64,000 bases of DNA. Origin: Acinetobacter phage SH-Ab 15599. Location of the stretch: the sequence record MH517022.1. One strand, written 5' to 3'. The position numbers and the translations under genes are program-made. Below the pieces are notes generated by a model that made no database searches, was not told the origin of the DNA, and saw only the letters and a program-made list of their open reading frames with translations. Shown piece after piece: positions 1 through 7,661 of this stretch (within the stretch, counting starts at the first letter, position 1; each line of letters begins with the position of its first letter).

Positions 1-240
1 CAAATTGCTGAACAGTCTGCTCTGAAAGCTGAAAATGACTTGAAGCGAATCAAGGTGGAAGGCGAACAACGAGTGGTATCTGCTAAGGCTGAAGCCGAGT
101 CTATCAAAATTCAGGCTGAAGCTATCAAAGCCAACGGCGGCGAAGAATATGTTCGTTTGACTGCTATCAAGAAGTGGGATGGACGTTTGCCAACAACTAT
201 GGTTCCAGGAACTGCAACTCCTATGGTTCACTTGAAATAA
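1..240 (+). CDS. SPFH/band-7 (prohibitin/HflK-like) protein, C-terminal fragment; the 5' end lies outside the window
   Basis: Frame 1 is open from base 1 (QIAEQSALKAENDLKRIKVEG...). Motifs AKAEAESIKIQAEAIKANGGEEYVRLTAIKKWDGRLP are typical of SPFH-domain C-termini. Confidence 0.45.
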   Translation, partial: QIAEQSALKAENDLKRIKVEGEQRVVSAKAEAESIKIQAEAIKANGGEEYVRLTAIKKWDGRLPTTMVPGTATPMVHLK

Positions 241-251
241 GGTAGTAGACA

Positions 252-674
252 ATGAAAGCATATGTAGCATTACCTGTAATTGTTCAAGCGGAACTTTGTA
301 CACTTGGACAATACAATGATTTACGCGGTTGGACAATGCCGGAAGGTGAAGACCGTACTGCCGAAGGTTATATGGTTGTAGATGCATCACAACCTTCAAA
401 TACTGACTTACATGTTGGTCATGTGACTTGGGTTCCAGCTGATAAGTTTGAAGCGAGTAATCTTATTCTTGATGCTCCAAGTGGTTTACCTCCTCATTTG
501 TTACGCGTTGTTGGTGAAGCGGCTATTCTTGAACTCAATCGAGATAAGTTACACAACTTCTTATCTGATGAAACCAAGTTTAAATTAGTTCCAGAACCGC
601 AAATCACTCTTATGCGTCAACAGAGTCATCTCCAATACCGTTTGTTGGACGTTCTGAAAGAACGTTTGAAATAA
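252..674 (+). CDS. hypothetical protein (140 aa)
   Basis: ORF begins 12 nt after the previous stop, runs in the same direction as its neighbours, and is followed by a terminator. Confidence 0.45.
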   Translation: MKAYVALPVIVQAELCTLGQYNDLRGWTMPEGEDRTAEGYMVVDASQPSNTDLHVGHVTWVPADKFEASNLILDAPSGLPPHLLRVVGEAAILELNRDKLHNFLSDETKFKLVPEPQITLMRQQSHLQYRLLDVLKERLK

Positions 675-692
675 AATATAATGGTAAACATG

Positions 693-720
693 AGCCTCCT
701 TCGGGAGGCTTTCTTGTGTT
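693..720 (+). terminator. rho-independent terminator (AGCCTCC-UUCG-GGAGGCT plus T-run)
   Basis: 7-bp GC stem with a UUCG tetraloop followed by ttcttgtgtt. The same 22-mer recurs at 8270. Confidence 0.6.
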
Positions 721-750
721 AATAATTCAGATAAACATTCGGACAGTAAG

Positions 751-942
751 ATGACTATATTTGTAATGATGATTACATTCGCCTTGACTTTGGTAACAAT
801 GATTGAGAAAACAGACATTCCAAAGTTTGCAGCTGTTATCATTGCAGCCATCTTCTCAGTCTGTGCAGCTATCATATTGAATTTTATAAATCTTAGTGTT
901 TTATTTTATGATATCTTCAGCATTTTGGAGACGCACAAATGA
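751..942 (+). CDS. small membrane protein (63 aa, two predicted TM helices)
   Basis: Hydrophobic sequence; its stop overlaps the next ATG (ATGA). Confidence 0.4.
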   Translation: MTIFVMMITFALTLVTMIEKTDIPKFAAVIIAAIFSVCAAIILNFINLSVLFYDIFSILETHK

Positions 943-1394
943 CAGAACCAACCAAACAAGATATTGTTAAAGCACACCCTAATTTTCAACAAGAACGAGT
1001 AAAACTGGGCAAAGTGATTATAGACACTTGCGAAGGGGAACATATCTATAATCATTTGTACATTAAATTGGGATTAGAAAAAGTTGAAGTTTCATTAAAC
1101 CCTACTGATCCAAGAGTGCAAGACCGTCTTAAAACTGCATCATTGTTAGCCAGTACTTGTGCAGATGTAAAGACTTCAGCTCTCTTGACAATACGAGAGA
1201 TGGCTAATCACTTGCCTATTGATATGGATTTGATAGATGATGTCTATTTTACTGCATTTGAACAACAGAAGTGCATTTGCTTGGTATTAGACAGAGGGAT
1301 AGCTCTGATTGATACAGTTCTATCCCTAGATATGCTTACGCGCCATTTGTATGAGAAATTAATGTCTGAATTATCTCTCTTCGTGAAACCTTAG
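939..1394 (+). CDS. hypothetical protein (151 aa)
   Basis: Start is coupled to the upstream stop (ATGA overlap). Confidence 0.5.
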   Translation: MTEPTKQDIVKAHPNFQQERVKLGKVIIDTCEGEHIYNHLYIKLGLEKVEVSLNPTDPRVQDRLKTASLLASTCADVKTSALLTIREMANHLPIDMDLIDDVYFTAFEQQKCICLVLDRGIALIDTVLSLDMLTRHLYEKLMSELSLFVKP

Positions 1395-1632
1395 CTTCAA
1401 GAATCTTTTGATAAGCCTCTTCATCAACTTTCAAAATTTCTTCTAATTCAACAAGAAAATCTGCCACGAGAGCTATTCCACTAGGAGTTGTTCTCGTTAC
1501 GCGTTCTCCTACTTTCAGACCAACGTACATTCCATTATAACTAACAATGGTTCCTACGCTTCCGTACAGCTTATCGCCTTGGGTTGATACCAAAACGCCT
1601 ATACGCCCGACCTTTATGTTCTTATCAATCAT
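1336..1632 (-). CDS. hypothetical protein (about 98 aa)
   Basis: Internal ATG at 1632 has a GGAG RBS 7 nt upstream. Convergent with the 939..1394 gene. Confidence 0.35.
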   Translation of the reverse strand: MIDKNIKVGRIGVLVSTQGDKLYGSVGTIVSYNGMYVGLKVGERVTRTTPSGIALVADFLVELEEILKVDEEAYQKILEAKVSRREIIQTLISHTNGA

Positions 1633-1717
1633 GATAAACTCCAAAGTTGATTTTAAGGTCAACAGATTTACTCTATTATAATTTACTCATTATTTCTAGA
1701 CTACAAATAGGTGTGTA

Positions 1718-2290
1718 ATGGAAAAGTCTTATGAACAAGTGTTGAAGGTCATTGAGGCTGCTACTATCAGCGATATGACTATGGTCAATGCTGGGCTTAT
1801 GGGGTTAAATTCAACTCAATTGACGATGGGCACTGTTAATCTCATTGAAGCGAAATACGATATTGACAACGGTCTATTTGAGACGCATGGCAAAGATATA
1901 ACAATGGTTTTGTTACAGGGAGAAGCTGAGATTCAATATGCTATCCCAAGTTTCAAATCTGAAGAAAGTAATGTAATTTACGCCAAAGCATGGAAGTCTA
2001 AATCGGAACCTAACAAATTAACGTATAAAACAGATAACCCTCTTTCATGCGATGAGTATAAGATTGAAAAATACGAACTTCAAACCGCTCAATGGGCTGT
2101 GATTCATAATGAAGTATTTCGTCGTTTGATTATCAAACGCGGTTCAAAATTAGTTGTATTTGAAGGGGAATACTCTAATCGAGATTTCACTTACGCTTTG
2201 TTCCAAGTGGCTGACAACGGGAAAGCTTACAACCCATTAGATGTAACAAACTTTTATGAACATAAAACAGAACCAAAATTCAAGGAGTAA
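1718..2290 (+). CDS. hypothetical protein (190 aa)
   Basis: Long ORF with no domain I recognise. Confidence 0.55.
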   Translation: MEKSYEQVLKVIEAATISDMTMVNAGLMGLNSTQLTMGTVNLIEAKYDIDNGLFETHGKDITMVLLQGEAEIQYAIPSFKSEESNVIYAKAWKSKSEPNKLTYKTDNPLSCDEYKIEKYELQTAQWAVIHNEVFRRLIIKRGSKLVVFEGEYSNRDFTYALFQVADNGKAYNPLDVTNFYEHKTEPKFKE

Positions 2291-2293
2291 CAA

Positions 2294-2971
2294 ATGAAGA
2301 TTTTAGGTGCACTTGACGTAATGAAGAATGCAACAGCTAATGAGACATTCTTGTTGAATTTCGGAGCTGTTGGTTTAGACAAATGTTTAAAAAACAAGGG
2401 AGAAACATTCTTCCTTGAAGCAAAGTATGAAACAGAACTTCCAAACCCAATCAGTTACAGTTGTAACTTGATTATGTTTGTTATGTCTGGTTCTATTATT
2501 ATGCACAAGTATAACTCAATAGACGCTCTACAATTTGATGACACTAGTGATAAGAACGTCAGATTCATTGAAGAACCTGTGAACCCAGATATGTCTCCTA
2601 AACGAGATTTGGCTGTCTTGAACGCGCCGTCACATTGGGAAATTTCTGAATCTGAAGTTTGGGAAGTTGGTTCTTGGCATTTCTTAAACAAATTTGATTT
2701 CCACTCTTTCCGTATGTCAAAGGGTACGAAAATTCTTTGTATTACAGATGATTTCAATATCGTTCCAACTGATGCTCTTTTCAAAGTTGGACGCGGCGGC
2801 GAACCTATCATTCCAAATGATAAATCTTTCTTGAATAAGCATTTTGCGCCCCCGCAACAACCTAGAGCTAACTTCACAGTTGATAAGACCTCAAAGCATT
2901 CTGAAGATGCAGCTCTTTTTTCTTCGGATTCATCACTTCCTAAAGCGGGCAGCGCCCCAACGAAGAAATAA
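2294..2971 (+). CDS. hypothetical protein (225 aa); possible distant paralogue of the 1718..2290 gene (shared EAKY motif)
   Basis: ORF starts 4 nt after the previous stop. Confidence 0.55.
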   Translation: MKILGALDVMKNATANETFLLNFGAVGLDKCLKNKGETFFLEAKYETELPNPISYSCNLIMFVMSGSIIMHKYNSIDALQFDDTSDKNVRFIEEPVNPDMSPKRDLAVLNAPSHWEISESEVWEVGSWHFLNKFDFHSFRMSKGTKILCITDDFNIVPTDALFKVGRGGEPIIPNDKSFLNKHFAPPQQPRANFTVDKTSKHSEDAALFSSDSSLPKAGSAPTKK

Positions 2972-3046
2972 GGAGGAGAAACTTGAATAGCGTTCAATTT
3001 ACGGCGGTGCTTTTGATAGTATCCACAATATTTTTAACAAGCGACT

Positions 3047-3400
3047 ATGCTCCTAATACATTATCCAAGTTGGGATTCGGCGTTTGTTTTGTATGTTTCT
3101 TCATTGCTTATAAGTTGCAAAAAAGAAACCAACAGTGAGTTTATGTTTATGTTAGAACTATCAAATGAAGATATAAAGTTAGTGGAACAGGCTGGGTTTG
3201 AAGTTAGAATTGCAGCTGAACTCAATTACTATGAAGGTGGTATTGAAACTTTACCCAGATTGAACAGCGCCAGAGTTGAAGTGTTTATTAGATCAGCTCA
3301 ATCTAACGGGGTTACTGGTACTATTCATCCAGTTGATATTGTAATCCCTACAGATAAGATTGTTGCTCTAATACGTTTGGCCAGAGGTCAACCAGTATAA
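3047..3400 (+). CDS. hypothetical protein; an alternative start at 3142 (MFMLELS...) would give 86 aa
   Basis: ORF is present but neither start has a strong RBS. Confidence 0.4.
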   Translation: MLLIHYPSWDSAFVLYVSSLLISCKKETNSEFMFMLELSNEDIKLVEQAGFEVRIAAELNYYEGGIETLPRLNSARVEVFIRSAQSNGVTGTIHPVDIVIPTDKIVALIRLARGQPV

Positions 3401-3468
3401 CCTTCAAATTCAAGAATGACTCCTTTATGGGGTCATTTTTATTTCTTAAAATAAATTAAAAATATTTA

Positions 3469-3507
3469 TTTGATTTTAAGGGTTATTTTCGTTAATGCTA
3501 TATAATA
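3469..3507 (+). promoter_or_regulatory. candidate sigma70-like promoter upstream of tRNA-Arg (TTGATT ... TATAAT, non-optimal spacing)
   Basis: TATAAT at 3502-3507 lies about 35 nt upstream of the tRNA 5' end, in an AT-rich spacer. Confidence 0.25.
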
Positions 3508-3541
3508 GCTCTCATGAAACAAGTATGAAGATATTTGTAAT

Positions 3542-3618
3542 GCGCTTGTAGCTCAGTTGGATAGAGCATCCGCCTTCTAAGCGGATGGTCACAGGTTCGA
3601 GTCCTGTCAGGCGCGCCA
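3542..3618 (+). tRNA. tRNA-Arg (anticodon TCT)
   Basis: Hand-folded cloverleaf: acceptor GCGCTTG/CAGGCGC, D-arm GCTC-AGTTGGATA-GAGC, anticodon stem TCCGC/GCGGA with loop CTTCTAA, T-arm ACAGG-TTCGAGT-CCTGT, encoded CCA. Confidence 0.85.
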
Positions 3619-3636
3619 ATTTATGAGGTTGTTGTC

Positions 3637-4089
3637 GTGGTTAAGATTACTAACAATGTTGTTATTGACAGTAATGGTTGTTGGATTTGGAACAAATCCT
3701 TTTCTAGTAACGGATATGGTCAGTTGACTGTAGATAAGCGTTACTGGTTGGCTCACCGTTACTCTTACACGATGTCTAAGGGAGAGATTCCAGCCGACAA
3801 CGTCGTAAGACACAAGTGTCATAACAAGAAGTGTTGTAATCCAGAACACCTTGAAGTTGGTACTCAAGCTGAGAACTGGCAAGACTCTAAAGAAGTTCAT
3901 TTGAACAATGCCAAGAACAGACGCAAGCAATGGTCTATCAATGGTAAGTCTTTTGATACTCTTATGGAGGCTCAACGTTCTTCAGGTGTACCAGCTAAGA
4001 CAATAGCAAAATATACCGTAAGAGGCGTATTTGATTTAGAGCGTTACAGACAAAGTTGCGCTAGAATAAAACGCGAACCAAAGATTTGA
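3637..4089 (+). CDS. HNH homing endonuclease (freestanding, inside the tRNA cluster)
   Basis: HNH motif ...HKCHNKKCCNPEHLEVGTQAENWQD plus upstream CWIWNK...GYGQ, as in phage HNH family members such as I-HmuI. Start lies 19 nt after the tRNA-Arg CCA. Confidence 0.8.
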   Translation: MVKITNNVVIDSNGCWIWNKSFSSNGYGQLTVDKRYWLAHRYSYTMSKGEIPADNVVRHKCHNKKCCNPEHLEVGTQAENWQDSKEVHLNNAKNRRKQWSINGKSFDTLMEAQRSSGVPAKTIAKYTVRGVFDLERYRQSCARIKREPKI

Positions 4090-4327
4090 TTCGCACGGTG
4101 AGTGAACTTGTAAACGGTTGAAGCCCCAGATGTGCGGTGGATACGTGAGCTGAAATTGTCTTGAGTAAGCTCTGAGGGACTAGACAAACCTCTCAGTCAG
4201 AAGTTCATTCAACCATGCGAAAGCAATAGACAGAGAACCGATTTGTTCCTTCTCTGGTGCGCGATTAGCATTGACGCGGTGGATGTCTATAAAGCCACAT
4301 CACTTTCTTATGTATGTAAGAGGTGAT

Positions 4328-4403
4328 TCCCTAGTAGCTCAGTTGGTAGAGCGACGGACTGTTAATCCGTGGGTCGCTGGTTCGAGTCCAGCCTAGGGAG
4401 CCA
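4328..4403 (+). tRNA. tRNA-Asn (anticodon GTT)
   Basis: Cloverleaf: acceptor TCCCTAG/CTAGGGA, D-arm GCTC-AGTTGGTA-GAGC, anticodon stem ACGGA/TCCGT with loop CTGTTAA, T-arm GCTGG-TTCGAGT-CCAGC, discriminator G and CCA. Confidence 0.85.
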
Positions 4404-4948
4404 GATTCAAGACAGTAGCCCGAGAGGGTTATGAGGTGGCTGAGAGAGTGAGCACAAATTGTAAGTACGCATGGTTTGCGAACCACTTGACTTCTAGGAA
4501 GATAGCTAGATGACTGCTGGAAAGACAGCAACCAGATTCTGACTGAATCCATATCGCGGTTGCAGGAAATACCACATGAAATGGTGGCGCGAGACACTAA
4601 CAGTAGACTAATCAGTTGTAAATTCTATTCCCTGAAAGGCTGTCTAATAGGGTATAAACTAACAGCAAAGATGTTTGGATAGGTCAAATAGCAGGTACGT
4701 CTATGCTTCCTGCTTAAAACTCAATAGGATAGGTTATGACAAACAACGGGTTTTGTTAGGATGATAACCTTGTAACTGCTCCGGCAAGTGCAGAACAATC
4801 AAAGAATTTAAGAATAAGGCTGTTGAAGGGCAGCCACCTCTAGCTATCTTTCAGGGTAGTCATGAGAATGATAGTGTAAAGGTCTTTGCTGAAGATTCAC
4901 CTTTACATGAAAGGTCTCAGGAGCCGAGAGTTAAACAAACCCTTCATT

Positions 4949-5022
4949 CCCTGGCTGGTGTAACAGGTAGCACAATGATCTTTCAGATCATGGTTTAGGT
5001 TCGAATCCTAGGCTCGGGGCCA
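4949..5022 (+). tRNA. tRNA-like gene, possibly tRNA-Glu (TTC); imperfect acceptor stem, short variable loop
   Basis: D-arm GTGT-AACAGGTA-GCAC, anticodon stem ATGAT/ATCAT with loop CTTTCAG, T-arm TTAGG-TTCGAAT-CCTAG, then GCTCGGG-G-CCA. Acceptor 5' CCCTGGC pairs with one T-C mismatch and one GU. Confidence 0.4.
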
Positions 5023-5240
5023 TTTCGAAAGCCAATTGTAAAGCACTTATCAAATACAAAGATCGCAACTTTGGGTGGATGAGGAAGGTGCTTCAAACTC
5101 CGAAAGGATACCTCGCCAAATCACAGTTGGCTTTCGAAATTGCTGCTAATAACAAATAAAATAATAATTTGAAATACTCACTCCTCTCTAAACTACATTA
5201 TACTTCCTTCATACAAACTATCTCTCAATGGAGAAATGTA

Positions 5241-5576
5241 ATGAAGCTGTGTAAAATCAATAATGCCTTTGAACAAGGCGAAGAAAACAACTACCTCTCT
5301 CAAGATGATATCAATGAATATCGTACTCACCCTGTCTTCAATGAACTGTACGAAAAGGTTATTGGGGATAAACCTCTTGCGCTCTTAGGGCCAGATGAAG
5401 ATTTTGAAGATTCAATCTTCCCTTGTGATCTCCCTTCTTTGGCTCTACGCTATAAAGATGCTTCTGTTGGTAATCTTACAATGGGCGATATCTATCACGG
5501 CGTAGTGGATGGAGTAGAGTGTTTCGGTATGCACTGGGACTATACAGGCTTGTTATTGTTCGCGGCAGGGGAATGA
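5241..5576 (+). CDS. hypothetical protein (111 aa; ATG at 5241 preferred over the upstream TTG)
   Basis: GGAGA RBS 6 nt upstream of the ATG. Confidence 0.5.
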   Translation: MKLCKINNAFEQGEENNYLSQDDINEYRTHPVFNELYEKVIGDKPLALLGPDEDFEDSIFPCDLPSLALRYKDASVGNLTMGDIYHGVVDGVECFGMHWDYTGLLLFAAGE

Positions 5577-5577
5577 T

Positions 5578-6048
5578 ATGGAATATATCATTATTGCTAT
5601 CATTTCTATAGCATTTGGGTACTGGATTGGTTTACGCAATGGAGTAGCCAAAGGGGTAGAGTCAGTTGAATCATACTGGTTGCCTGATATAGTTATGTCT
5701 GATATCAAAGGCGCTTCGGACATAACATTCCAAAACTTCATCCAAGATTTCTTTTCTGAATTTATCAGAATTTGTAATTCAAACGGCGAAGTTGCCTTTG
5801 ATGATATTAGTCTTGTACTCTCCGTATTTAAGGAGACGCATCCTATTTTCAAGAAATATGATTGTCTTAGACATACCGACAATTATTTGATCTATGAAGA
5901 CAAATATCGTTCTATAGTCATAGGAACAGACGGCGATTTATTCAAGTTATATGAATTACGGGAAGGTATAACGGGAATAAATTATAGCCAAAAATATCAA
6001 ATGTTTGGTCTTTTTGACAAATCATTCAGCGGTGGAGGGATGTATTAA
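5578..6048 (+). CDS. membrane-anchored protein; paralogue A of a tandem pair
   Basis: N-terminal TM helix and GGGGAA RBS. Shares VESYW.P.I...F.NFI.DFF.E.I...VLSVF...HPIFKKY...DGD..KLYE with the next gene. Confidence 0.6.
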   Translation: MEYIIIAIISIAFGYWIGLRNGVAKGVESVESYWLPDIVMSDIKGASDITFQNFIQDFFSEFIRICNSNGEVAFDDISLVLSVFKETHPIFKKYDCLRHTDNYLIYEDKYRSIVIGTDGDLFKLYELREGITGINYSQKYQMFGLFDKSFSGGGMY

Positions 6049-6515
6049 TGGATATTTTAATGACATCAATTGGCGTAGGCGGTATAGTCTTAGGTTACGT
6101 TTGTTACTTGTTCGGTCACTATTCTGGTTACAAATCTGGAATTGAGACTGTGGAATCTTATTGGAAACCAAATATAATTTTAGATGAAAATTTCCAAGGT
6201 GCGAAGACTCTCGAGTTTCATAATTTTATCAAAGACTTCTTCACAGAGTACATTACCCTCTGTGAAGAACAGGGTGTAAAGCCTTATGATCAGATTGGTC
6301 AAGTTCTCTCTGTATTTCACGATAACCACCCGATATTCAAGAAGTATAAACACCTCCACAGAATCAACGGAGTAATTTATTATGCTGACGATTTCCGTAA
6401 AATTGAATTCAAAGCAGACGGGGATGTATACAAATTATATGAAATTAAGAGCGATTCTGTGGGATACAGTTATAATTACAATTATTTCTATTTTGTACAG
6501 TCTTTGGATTACTAA
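6048..6515 (+). CDS. membrane-anchored protein; paralogue B of the tandem pair
   Basis: ATGA start/stop overlap, GGAGGGA RBS and N-terminal TM helix. Confidence 0.6.
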   Translation: MDILMTSIGVGGIVLGYVCYLFGHYSGYKSGIETVESYWKPNIILDENFQGAKTLEFHNFIKDFFTEYITLCEEQGVKPYDQIGQVLSVFHDNHPIFKKYKHLHRINGVIYYADDFRKIEFKADGDVYKLYEIKSDSVGYSYNYNYFYFVQSLDY

Positions 6516-6516
6516 T

Positions 6517-6813
6517 ATGAAGAAGTTACAATTTTTATACATGTATTTGAAAGTATTCCCATTCTACTATTGGGCAACATTTTGGTTAATGCCAAGATTG
6601 TATAAGAGTTACCCTCATGACTCCACAGTAGCAGTATATGAAGTGGAGGTTATCCGCTTCACTGAAATCTCTTCAGTTGTTGCTCACTCTCAGCGTATGA
6701 GAAAGACTAAGAATGAAGCATACTTGAGAATGCGTCTTGCAGCCCTACAAATTGATTTTAGAACCCCAGCAATGTTCGGTATATCGTTCCGTTTAAGAAA
6801 GGTTGGAGAATAA
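6517..6813 (+). CDS. small aromatic and hydrophobic protein (about 98 aa)
   Basis: ATG immediately after the previous stop. Starts MKKLQFLYMYLKVFPFYYWATFWLMP. The longer ORF from 6382 overlaps the upstream gene and is rejected. Confidence 0.4.
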   Translation: MKKLQFLYMYLKVFPFYYWATFWLMPRLYKSYPHDSTVAVYEVEVIRFTEISSVVAHSQRMRKTKNEAYLRMRLAALQIDFRTPAMFGISFRLRKVGE

Positions 6814-6815
6814 AC

Positions 6816-7166
6816 ATGAAATACAAATTAGAAAGTGGAGAAGAAATCAGTGAGGGTCTTCTTGTGCCAGTACAATATGCAGAAGGGCCGAATGGAGGGC
6901 GTTATAATATTGACCTTGAAGCCTTTCAACACAAACGTTTCTTTGTTCTACTTAATGATAAGTTGAACGAATTACCTCTCGGAGAAGTAGTCGAGGTTAA
7001 TGGGAACGGCGTATTTGCTCCTTGGAATCGTAAAGATTTACACTTCGTTGTTCATAATACCGAGTTTGGCCCGTCCATATTCAATTCTAAGGAACTGGCA
7101 ACCAATCCGCATTTACATTTCTACATGCTCAATGATGAAGTAAATGTAGTCTTTGAGACCTTTTAA
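6816..7166 (+). CDS. hypothetical protein; paralogue A of a second tandem pair (M.KYKL..GEEI...)
   Basis: GGAG RBS. Related to the next ORF (KYKL.SGEEI / KRFFV motifs). Confidence 0.55.
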   Translation: MKYKLESGEEISEGLLVPVQYAEGPNGGRYNIDLEAFQHKRFFVLLNDKLNELPLGEVVEVNGNGVFAPWNRKDLHFVVHNTEFGPSIFNSKELATNPHLHFYMLNDEVNVVFETF

Positions 7167-7176
7167 GGGGACTGAT

Positions 7177-7515
7177 ATGTCAAAGTACAAGTTGATAACT
7201 GGCGAAGAAATTGAAATGAACAATCTCACCGAAATCTCTTACATTGGAGGTTGGAGCGGAGGCTGCTATAATTTCAAAGTCAAAGAGTCTCTAGACAAAC
7301 GGTTCTTTGTATATGTTCTGAGCATTCATACTATTATGGAGTTGCCAAAACCTAAATTAGTTGAGATGACGGGCACAGATTATGATCACGGCCATAACTA
7401 CGCTTGGAAAAGAGATGATCTACAATTCAAGATCAGTACTCAATATGGGTTTGATTCTACATTTACGTTATATGATATTGTAACTCAATTCAAGCAGAAA
7501 GTTTGGATGATGTAA
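7177..7515 (+). CDS. hypothetical protein; paralogue B (MSKYKLITGEEIE...)
   Basis: AAGGGGA RBS before the ATG at 7177. Confidence 0.55.
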   Translation: MSKYKLITGEEIEMNNLTEISYIGGWSGGCYNFKVKESLDKRFFVYVLSIHTIMELPKPKLVEMTGTDYDHGHNYAWKRDDLQFKISTQYGFDSTFTLYDIVTQFKQKVWMM

Positions 7516-7534
7516 TATAGCCTTAAATGTATAA

Positions 7535-7560
7535 GTCTCCAAACGGAGGCTTTATTTTTA
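7535..7560 (+). terminator. rho-independent terminator (GTCTCC-AAAC-GGAGGC plus TTTATTTTTA)
   Basis: Same stem as the 693 and 8270 terminators with a different loop. Confidence 0.6.
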
Positions 7561-7661
7561 TAAATTTTCAAATTATTTTTCTTAAACCACTTTACTTCTC
7601 AAGTTGAAACCATTATATTAATACTCATTAACACACTATCTTACTCATCGGAGTACATCAA

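Larger units (their letters stand above)
4090..5168 (+). other. ORF-free, locally GC-rich and probably structured RNA region that contains the tRNAs; candidate stable RNAs analogous to T4 species 1/2, or intron-like RNA
   Basis: About 1.07 kb with no ORF over 60 aa on the sense strand. GNRA and UUCG-type hairpins (CCACAT-GAAA-TGGTGG, TGCTG-GAAAGA-CAGCA). Sequence TTGCAGGAAA / GACTAATC resembles group I intron P and R elements. Confidence 0.3.

Noticed and set aside
585-875. 96-aa minus-strand ORF
   Set aside because: Lies across the terminator and the start of plus-strand genes. It is hydrophobic antisense noise with no RBS.
2455-2997. 180-aa minus-strand ORF
   Set aside because: Fully antisense to the 2294..2971 plus-strand gene, which fits the operon orientation.
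3607-3975. 122-aa minus-strand ORF
   Set aside because: Antisense to the well-supported HNH endonuclease gene and overlaps tRNA-Arg.
4331-4597. 88-aa minus-strand ORF
   Set aside because: Overlaps tRNA-Asn and the GC-rich structured RNA region. An open frame in GC-rich non-coding sequence is expected by chance.
4090-5168. Canonical group I intron call
   Set aside because: The P/Q/R/S-like elements are not in canonical order and no exon context (split tRNA or protein gene) is evident. It is kept only as a hypothesis for a covariance-model search.
6382-6813. 143-aa ORF beginning inside the 6048..6515 gene
   Set aside because: A 134-nt overlap in a different frame. Only the downstream part from the ATG at 6517 is retained.
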